DNA of 64,000 nucleotides from an uncultured Pseudomonadota bacterium (GTDB lineage Bacteria; Pseudomonadota; Gammaproteobacteria; Steroidobacterales; Steroidobacteraceae): NCBI GenBank assembly GCA_963780455.1, contig CAWACM010000014.1, positions 42,737 to 106,736 of the forward strand, read 5' to 3'. Shown piece by piece: positions 57,513 to 64,000 of this stretch (position 1 is its first letter; each line of letters starts with the position of its first letter). The notes under the pieces were generated by a model. It saw only the letters and a program-made list of their open reading frames with translations, ran no database searches and was not told where the DNA came from. The position numbers and the translations under genes were made by a program.

Positions 57513-58295
57513 TTGCCCGTGACCATAAGGCTCCAAAAGCTGCTCGCGACTGCCGGCCTGGCCTCGCGCCGCCAGGTCGAGCAATGGATCGCCGCCGGCC
57601 GCCTGACCGTGGCCGGGCGTATCGCCAAGCTCGGCGATCGCGCCGGCCCGGACGATGAGATCCGCCTCGACGGCCGCACATTGGACCTGGTCCCGCCGCA
57701 GCCGGCCGCGCGTCAGGTCCTGCTCTACCACAAGCCGGCCGGCGAGGTGACCACTCGGCGGGACCCGCAGGCCCGGCCCACCGTCTTCGACCATCTGCCG
57801 GCGCCGCAGCAGGGTCGCTGGATCGTCGTCGGCCGGCTGGACGTCAACACCTCGGGTCTTCTCCTCTTCACCACCGACGGCGATCTCGCCCATCGCCTGA
57901 TGCATCCTTCGAGCTGCATCGAGCGCGAATACCTGGTGCGGGTCCGGGGACGGCCCGACGGCGACACGATCCGCAAGCTCCTGCGGGGCGTTCCCCTTGA
58001 AGACGGTCCGGCGGCCTTCGACCGGGTGGTGGAAGAGCCTGCCGCGCGAGGCGAGGCGCACAACGTTTCCTATCGATTGGTGCTCCACGAAGGGCGCAAT
58101 CGGGAAGTGCGCCGCCTGTGGCAGGCCGTCGGCTACGAGGTCAGCCGACTGCTGCGTATCCGTTATGGGCCGATCGAGCTACCGCGCGATCTTCGCGCTG
58201 GCCAATGGCGTCTTCTCGACGACCGCCTCGCCGCCGCGCTTGCCACGGCCGCGGCTCCCGAGACAGCCGCCGCTTCTGCGTTGCCACCGGCATAG
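57513..58295 (+). CDS. rluB: 23S rRNA pseudouridine synthase B-type (RsuA/RluB family)
   Basis: An S4 domain is present (LQKLLATAGLASRRQVEQWIAAGRLTVAG). The catalytic region reads VGRLDVNTSGLLLFTTDG. Start is TTG 57513 or GTG 57519. Confidence 0.85.
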   Translation: MPVTIRLQKLLATAGLASRRQVEQWIAAGRLTVAGRIAKLGDRAGPDDEIRLDGRTLDLVPPQPAARQVLLYHKPAGEVTTRRDPQARPTVFDHLPAPQQGRWIVVGRLDVNTSGLLLFTTDGDLAHRLMHPSSCIEREYLVRVRGRPDGDTIRKLLRGVPLEDGPAAFDRVVEEPAARGEAHNVSYRLVLHEGRNREVRRLWQAVGYEVSRLLRIRYGPIELPRDLRAGQWRLLDDRLAAALATAAAPETAAASALPPA

Positions 58296-58323
58296 TCCTT
58301 GCGACCGCGTTCGCGGAGGCTGT

Positions 58324-58677
58324 ATGCAGGTGCTGCTCAATTCGGAACTCCACTTGGATCTGACGGAGCGTCTGCAAGGCGTTCTCGAGGGAAGGCTCGA
58401 GCGGTTCGACGAACGCATCACGCGCATCGAGGTGGCCCTCAGCGACCTGAACGGCCGCGACCTCGGGAAGCGCGACAAGCGCTGCATCATGGAGGCGCGT
58501 CTCGGCGGCATGGAGCCGATCGCGGTGAGCCACGAGGCGCCGACTCTCACGGAGGCGATCCACGTGGCGGTGGACAAGCTGGAAAGAGCGCTCGAGGAGG
58601 CGCTCTGCAGCCCCCGGAATGCGGTCGGGCCGGCTCCTCCCGAGCTGCCGGGCTCAGGCATCAGCTCCAGTCAATAG
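58324..58677 (+). CDS. HPF/RaiA-family (S30EA) ribosome-associated protein, short form
   Basis: ATG 58324 follows GGAGG. The sequence ...LTERLQGVLEGRLERFDERITRIEVALSD...AIHVAVDKLERAL is S30EA-like. Confidence 0.6.
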   Translation: MQVLLNSELHLDLTERLQGVLEGRLERFDERITRIEVALSDLNGRDLGKRDKRCIMEARLGGMEPIAVSHEAPTLTEAIHVAVDKLERALEEALCSPRNAVGPAPPELPGSGISSSQ

Positions 58678-58697
58678 CAAAATACGCGCCAAGCGCA

Positions 58698-58726
58698 TTG
58701 ACACCTGCGCGGCCGGAAATCAAAAT
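58698..58726 (+). promoter_or_regulatory. Sigma-70-like promoter for the tRNA-tuf operon
   Basis: TTGACA (58698-58703), a 17-nt spacer, then CAAAAT (58721-58726), about 18 nt before tRNA-Tyr. CAAAATACGCG also occurs at 58678. Confidence 0.35.
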
Positions 58727-58743
58727 ACGCGGCTCGTTTACGC

Positions 58744-58829
58744 GGAGGGGTACCCAAGCGGCCAACGGGAGCAGACTGTAAATCTGCCGGCTTACGCCTT
58801 CGTAGGTTCGAATCCTACCCCCTCCACCA
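58744..58829 (+). tRNA. tRNA-Tyr (GTA)
   Basis: GGAGGGG...CCCCTCC acceptor stem, anticodon loop CTGTAAA, long variable arm, 3' CCA encoded. Confidence 0.92.
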
Positions 58830-58896
58830 GACTGGGCGTGGGCGGGGTAGGTCGGGACTACACAGGGGCGGACCGGTGGAGAGGGCGACGTCAGCA

Positions 58897-58970
<74 letters not shown>

Positions 58971-58987
58971 GTATCCCTTCGAGCCAA

Positions 58988-59063
<76 letters not shown>

Positions 59064-59133
59064 GCTGATTTGTAGTGGCGGTGCATGATCTTTCCGGCGC
59101 GCCGAGAGCTGAAGATGCCTTGAGGAACATTCC

Positions 59134-60321
59134 ATGTCCAAAGAGAAATTCGAGCGCAACAAGCCGCACGTGAACGTGGGGACGATCGGTCACGTGGACC
59201 ACGGGAAGACGACGCTGACGGCGGCGCTGACGAAGGTGATGGCCGAGACGTACGGCGGTCAGTTCATGGCGTACGACCAGATCGACAAGGCGCCGGAGGA
59301 GAAGGCGCGCGGGATCACGATCTCGACGGCGCACGTGGAGTACCAGAGCGCCAAGCGCCACTACGCGCACGTGGACTGCCCCGGGCACGCCGACTACGTG
59401 AAGAACATGATCACGGGGGCGGCGCAGATGGACGGGGCGATTCTGGTGGTATCGGCGGCCGATGGCCCGATGCCGCAGACGCGCGAGCACATTCTGCTGG
59501 CGCGCCAGGTGGGGGTGCCGTACATCGTGGTGTTCATGAACAAGGCCGACATGGTGGACGACAAGGAGCTGCTGGAGCTGGTGGAGATGGAGGTGCGGGA
59601 GCTGCTGACGGTCTACAAGTTCCCCGGGGAGGCGACCCCGATCATCATCGGTTCGGCGCTGAAGGCGCTCGAGGGGGACAAGAGCGAGATCGGGGTGCCG
59701 GCGGTGGTGAAGCTGGTGGAGGAGATGGACAAGTACATCCCGGTACCGAAGCGCGAGATGGAGAAGCCGTTTCTGATGCCGGTGGAGGATGTGTTCTCGA
59801 TCTCCGGGCGCGGGACGGTGGTGACGGGGCGCATCGAGCGCGGGATCGTCAAGGTGAACGATGAGGTGGAGATCGTGGGGCTGAAGGCCACGGTGAAGAC
59901 GACCTGCACGGGAGTGGAGATGTTCCGCAAGCTCCTGGACGAGGGGCAGGCGGGGGACAACGTGGGGGTGCTGCTGCGCGGCACGAAGCGAGAGGAAGTG
60001 GAGCGCGGCCAGGTGCTGGCCAAGCCCGGCAGCATCACTCCGCACACGCAGTTTGAGTGCGAGGTGTACGTGCTGACGAAGGAGGAGGGCGGGCGGCACA
60101 CGCCGTTCTTCAAGGGCTATCGGCCGCAGTTTTACTTTCGCACGACGGATGTGACGGGGACGATCGAGCTGCCGGCGGGGGTGGAGATGGTGCATGCCCG
60201 GGGACAACATCAAGATGACGTGGAGCTGATCAGCCCGATCGCGATGGAAGAGGGGCTGCGCTTTGCGATCCGCGAGGGCGGCAAGACCGTCGGCGCCGGC
60301 GTCGTCGCGAAGATCCTTTGA
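59134..60321 (+). CDS. tuf: Elongation factor Tu
   Basis: The N-terminus is [28 protein letters not shown]. The full-length ORF is intact. However, 60193-60220 reads [10 protein letters not shown] where EF-Tu is invariably [11 protein letters not shown], which points to a compensated +1/-1 indel pair. Confidence 0.95.
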   Translation: MSKEKFERNKPHVNVGTIGHVDHGKTTLTAALTKVMAETYGGQFMAYDQIDKAPEEKARGITISTAHVEYQSAKRHYAHVDCPGHADYVKNMITGAAQMDGAILVVSAADGPMPQTREHILLARQVGVPYIVVFMNKADMVDDKELLELVEMEVRELLTVYKFPGEATPIIIGSALKALEGDKSEIGVPAVVKLVEEMDKYIPVPKREMEKPFLMPVEDVFSISGRGTVVTGRIERGIVKVNDEVEIVGLKATVKTTCTGVEMFRKLLDEGQAGDNVGVLLRGTKREEVERGQVLAKPGSITPHTQFECEVYVLTKEEGGRHTPFFKGYRPQFYFRTTDVTGTIELPAGVEMVHARGQHQDDVELISPIAMEEGLRFAIREGGKTVGAGVVAKIL

Positions 60322-60353
60322 AGTAAGCGAACAGTTTTCGATTTTTAAGGTAC

Positions 60354-60439
60354 AGGCCAGTAGCTCAATTGGCAGAGCGGCGGTCTCCAAAACCGCAGGT
60401 TGGGGGTTCGATTCCCTCCTGGCCTGCCATCGGCTTTGA
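60354..60439 (+). tRNA. tRNA-Trp (CCA)
   Basis: AGGCCAG...CTGGCCT acceptor stem, anticodon loop CTCCAAA, 3' CCA encoded. Confidence 0.9.
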
Positions 60440-60450
60440 CATGACAGACG

Positions 60451-60827
60451 AAATCAAGCTCCAGGACGCCGGTTCGGCGGACAAGGTGAAACTCGGTGCG
60501 CGATCGCTGCTGGTGATCGCCGGCATCGCCGGCTATTACCTGCTCGGCAGCGAGGCCACCTGGCTGCGCTGGATCGCCGTGGTCGGCAGGGCTCGTGGTC
60601 GCCGCGCTGCGTGCTGGCGTTCTCACGCTATGGCCACGATTTCCGCGAGTTCGTGCTGAGCTGCGCGCGTCGAGCTGCGCAAGATCGTGTGGCCGACGCG
60701 GCAAGAGACCGGTATGACGACCCTGCGTCGTGTTCGTGCTTCGTCGTCGTGGCGGGGGTGTTTTTCTGGGCGCTCGATCTGCGTGCTCGCCTGGGCGACG
60801 AAAGCATTGACGGGACAAGGGGGCTGA
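60451..60827 (+). pseudogene. secE: Preprotein translocase subunit SecE; reading frame broken repeatedly in this sequence (probably artefactual)
   Basis: Recognisable SecE segments lie in alternating frames: MTDEIKLQ...WLRWIAVV, GLVVAALRAGVLTL, GHDFREFVL, RVELRKIVWPTRQETGMTTL, FVVVAGVFFWALDL and [14 protein letters not shown]. At least 5 indels are needed to join them. Confidence 0.8.
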
Positions 60828-60829
60828 TC

Positions 60830-61362
60830 GTGGCGCTGAGATGGTACGTCGTGCACGCCTACTCGAACTTCGAGCATCGGGTGGCGGAGTCGCTGAAGGA
60901 GCGCATCCAGCGCGCGGCCTCGAGCCGAAATTCGGCGAGATCCTGGTGCCGACCGAGGAAGTCGTCGAGATGCGCGACGGCCAGAAGCGCAAGAGCGAGC
61001 GCAAGTTCTACCCCGGCTACGTGCTGGTGCAGATGGAGATGGACGAGGAGACCTGGCACCTCGTGCGCGATGTGCCGAAGGTCCTCGGCTTCATCGGCGG
61101 CACGCCGGAGAAGCCGGCGGCGATCACCGACAAGGAGGCGAACCAGATCCTGCGCCGCGTGGAAGAGGGCGTCGACAAGCCGCGGCCGAAGGTGCTGTTC
61201 GAGCCGGGCGAGGTGGTGCGCGTGGTCGACGGGCCGTTCAACGACTTCAACGGCGTCGTCGAGAGCGTGAATTACGAGAAGAACCGCCTGCAGGTGGCGG
61301 TGCAGATTCTCGGGCGCTCGACGCCGGTGGAGCTGGATTTCTCGCAGGTCGAGAAGGCCTGA
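60830..61362 (+). pseudogene. nusG: Transcription termination/antitermination factor NusG; one frameshift near 60917 (probably artefactual)
   Basis: [29 protein letters not shown] is in one frame. [40 protein letters not shown]... continues to the stop in another frame. One G appears to be missing from a G-run. Confidence 0.85.
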
Positions 61363-61426
61363 GATTTTCAACGAACTGTTCGGGGAGCCTGCCCTAACGA
61401 CGGCGTTTGCACCCGAGGAGAGATGA

Positions 61427-61859
61427 ATGGCTAAGAAAGTACAGGGCTACATCAAGCTGCAGGTGCCGGCGGGCTCTGCCAACCCCTCGCCCCCGATCGG
61501 GCCGGCGCTGGGTCAGCAGGGCGTGAACATCATGGAGTTCTGCAAGCAGTTCAATGCGCAGACCCAGAAGCTGGAGAAGGGCCTGCCGATCCCGGTGATG
61601 ATCACGGTGTACACCGACCGCAGCTTCACCTTCATCATGAAGACGCCGCCCGCGTCGGTGCTGATCCGCAAGGCGATCGGCATCGAGAAGGGCAGCGGCA
61701 CGCCCAACACCGCCAAGGTCGGCAAGATCAGCCGCAAGCAGCTCGAGGAGATCGCCAAGACTGAAGCAGCCCGATCTCACCGCCGCGGATCTCGAGGCCG
61801 CGGTGCGCACCATCGCGGGCAGCGCGCGCAGCATGGGCGTCGACGTGGAGGGGGTCTGA
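61427..61859 (+). pseudogene. rplK: 50S ribosomal protein L11; frameshift near 61762 (probably artefactual)
   Basis: [40 protein letters not shown]...EEIAKT is in one frame. [31 protein letters not shown] is in the +1 frame. Confidence 0.88.
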
Positions 61860-61861
61860 TC

Positions 61862-62557
61862 ATGGCTATCGCAAAGCGCATGAAGGCCTGGAAGGACAAG
61901 CTTCACTCCCGGCAAGCAGTACCCGATCGAGGAGGCGCTGAAGCTCGTCAAGGAATTCGCCACCGCGAAGTTCGATGAGGCAGTCGATGCCGCGGTGAAC
62001 CTCGGGATCGATGCCAGCAAGTCCGACCAGCAGGTGCGCGGCTCGACCGTGATGCCCCACGGCACCGGCAAGACGGTGCGCGTGGCGGTGTTTACCTCGG
62101 GCAAGAACCAGGAGCTCGCCAAGGCCGCCGGCGCCGACATCGTCGGACTCGAGGATCTGGCGGCGAAGGTGAAGGCGGGCGAGATCAACTTCGATCGCGT
62201 CATCGCCAGCCCCGATGCCATGCGCGTCGTCGGCCAGCTCGGCCAGATCCTGGGTCCCCGCGGCCTGATGCCGAACCCCAAGGTCGGCACGGTGACCCCG
62301 GATGTCGCCGACGGCGGTGAAGAACGCCAAGGCGGGCCAGGTGACCTACCGCGTCGACAAGGCCGGCATCGTGCACTGCACGATCGGCAAGGCGAATTTC
62401 GAGGTCGGCGCGCTGAAGGAGAACCTGCACGCGCTGATCGCCGACCTGCAGAAGGCGAAGCCGGCCTCCTCCAAGGGCGTGTATCTGAAGCGCGTCACCG
62501 CTGTCCTCGACCATGGGGCCGGGCGTGACGGTCGATCAGGCGAGTCTTGTAGATTGA
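61862..62557 (+). pseudogene. rplA: 50S ribosomal protein L1; three single-base insertions (about 61903, 62313, 62500), probably artefactual
   Basis: Four segments lie in successive frames: [69 protein letters not shown]...[34 protein letters not shown]...[22 protein letters not shown]. Confidence 0.88.
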
Positions 62558-62792
62558 TTCGACAGTTTTGATGCGGGCCGCGGCTCGCGAAAGGCGGTCG
62601 CGGCCATCATCGAAGACCGCAGGCGAGGCGGCTCGAGGCCCTCTTAATGGACTGCCTGCGCAGATGGTGAACCGCTCTTCGCATCGAGGATCCTCCTCGA
62701 GGCGAGAAGGTCACCGTCATGGGCGAAGCCGCGCGGGAAGACCGGCGGCTTCATTCGTAACCGTGATCTTCTCAGGCGAGAGGAGAGAAGGA
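62558..62792 (+). promoter_or_regulatory. rplJ 5' leader (position of the L10 autoregulatory leader)
   Basis: A 235-nt untranslated GC-rich region with several stems lies between rplA and rplJ. The call rests on conserved position only; the structure was not modelled. Confidence 0.3.
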
Positions 62793-63322
62793 ATGGCACT
62801 CAACCTGGAAGACAAGAAGGCGCTGGTGGCGGAAGTGGCCGAGGTGGCGGCCAAAGCCCAGTCGGTCGTGGCCGCCGAGTACCGCGGGCTCACGGTCGGG
62901 CAGATGACCGAGCTGCGGGCCAAGGCGCGGGAGCAGGGCGTGTACATGCGTGTGGTCAAGAACACGCTGGCACGCAAGGCGCTCGCCGGCACTGCGTTCG
63001 AGTCGGTGGGACCGAAGCTCAAGGGGCCGCTCGTGCTCGCCTTCTCGAAGGACGATCCAGGCGCGGCCGCGCGCGTGGTGAAGGACTTCGCGAAGGCGAA
63101 CGAGAAGCTCGTGGCGACTCTCGTGTCGCTCGGCGGGCAGGTACTGCCCGGCGAGGACCTCGAGAAGGTCGCGAGCCTGCCGACGCGCGAGCAGGCGTTG
63201 TCGATGCTGCTGGGCGTGCTGAAGGCGCCGATCCAGAAGTTCGTCGCGCACGCTCGCAGCAGCCGCCGGCCAAGCTCGCCCGCACGCTCGCCGCCGTACG
63301 CGACCAGAAGCAGGCCGCGTAG
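62793..63322 (+). pseudogene. rplJ: 50S ribosomal protein L10; two frameshifts (about 63246, 63268), probably artefactual
   Basis: ATG 62793 follows AGGAGAGAAGG. MALNLEDKKALVAEVAEVAAKAQSVVAAEYRGLTVGQMTELR...APIQKFV is followed by RTLAAAA and then AKLARTLAAVRDQKQAA*, each in a successive frame. Confidence 0.88.
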
Positions 63323-63360
63323 CGCTTGACTTGTCTTGAAATCAATTTAGGAGACCCAAC

Positions 63361-63748
63361 ATGGCTGTCAGCAAAGACGAAATCCTCGATGCAATTTCCA
63401 AGATGACCCTGATGGAGGTCGTCGAGCTCATCTCCGACATGGAGAAGAAGTTCGGCGTCACCGCCGCGGCCCCGGTCGCCGTGGCCGCCGGCCCGGGCGC
63501 GGCGCGCCGCCGCCGCCGCTCCGGCCGAGGAGAAGACGGAGTTCACCGTCACCCTCAAGGAGTACCCGGCGGACAAGAAGGTGACCGTGATCAAGGTGAT
63601 CCGCGAGATCACCGGCCTCGGCCTGAAGGAAGCGAAGGACCTCGTCGAGGGCGTGCCCTCGACCGTCAAGGAAGCGCGTCTCCAAGGCCGATTCCGAGAC
63701 ATGAAGAAGAAGCTCGAGGACGCCGGCGCGAAGGTGGAGATCAAGTAA
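63361..63748 (+). pseudogene. rplL: 50S ribosomal protein L7/L12; one uncompensated (about 63506) and one compensated indel pair (63675/63700), probably artefactual
   Basis: [33 protein letters not shown]... is in the starting frame. The Ala linker then shifts frame. [49 protein letters not shown]...[15 protein letters not shown] is in the +1 frame. Confidence 0.88.
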
Positions 63749-63802
63749 CCCTCGCCTGCGCTCACCCATCGCGCTGCGCGAGTCGCGCGTCGCAGACGCG
63801 GA

Positions 63803-63829
63803 GGGCTCGTCGCTTCGGCGCGAGCGCCC
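63803..63829 (+). terminator. Hairpin with UUCG loop in the rplL-rpoB spacer (attenuator position)
   Basis: GGGCTCGTCGC-TTCG-GCGCGAGCGCCC is followed by GTGTATTTGG. The position matches the known rplL-rpoB attenuator. Confidence 0.35.
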
Positions 63830-63884
63830 GTGTATTTGGTGCTGGCGCGCCCATGTTCGTTATCCGTTCTGAGGTGAACCCCCG

Positions 63885-64000
63885 ATGGCTTATTCCTTCA
63901 CCGAGAAGAAGCGCATCCGCAAGAACTTCGGCAAGCAGGCGAGCATTCTCGACACGCCGTACCTGCTGGCCATTCAGCTCGACTCCTATCGCTCGTTCCT
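63885..64000 (+). CDS. rpoB: DNA-directed RNA polymerase beta subunit, N-terminal 38 codons (continues beyond window)
   Basis: The N-terminus is [38 protein letters not shown]. Confidence 0.92.
   Translation, partial: MAYSFTEKKRIRKNFGKQASILDTPYLLAIQLDSYRSF

Noticed and set aside
57508-57521. TATAAT hexamer directly in front of the rluB start (leaderless transcript?)
   Set aside because: There is no acceptable -35 box at 16-18 nt. The nearest TTGAGA is only 9 nt away, and the candidate starts are TTG/GTG rather than AUG. The evidence is too weak to call.

Overview
GC-rich (roughly two-thirds G+C by eye, not computed) proteobacterial chromosome segment. It is probably a Xanthomonadales/Nevskiales-like gammaproteobacterium; that placement is an inference from gene content. 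About 60 protein genes are supportable. They include six TonB-dependent receptors, phosphate-scavenging enzymes (histidine acid phosphatase/phytase, AcpA-type phosphoesterase), a PQQ quinohaemoprotein dehydrogenase and a tandem Hsp20 pair behind a sigma-32-like promoter. There is also a DyP-peroxidase/encapsulin nanocompartment operon, an Ada-AlkA/Ogt alkylation-repair operon, several two-component systems, and the conserved tRNA-tuf-tRNA-secE-nusG-rplKAJL-rpoB cluster at the 3' end.

Most interesting points:
1. A group II intron (about 27.5-31.6 kb) sits just upstream of a LytS/LytTR operon. Its reverse-transcriptase ORF is split by a 2.2-kb element bounded by 29-bp terminal inverted repeats and an AT duplication. 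That element carries only a large serine recombinase and two small ORFs, so it looks like a nested, IS-sized serine-recombinase mobile element.
2. A ParB-like nuclease gene is followed by four unrecognisable small ORFs, two pairs of which share GTGA stop/start overlaps, directly upstream of the encapsulin operon.
3. A Fic-domain protein has a degenerate catalytic motif and sits behind a periodic TTGGCGC half-site array.
4. From about 60.19 kb to the window end, essential genes (tuf, secE, nusG, rplK, rplA, rplJ, rplL) carry at least 17 single-base indels, while the preceding 60 kb is clean. This is most likely a sequence-quality artefact and needs checking.

Many long ORFs in the supplied track are antisense shadows typical of high-GC DNA and were not called.
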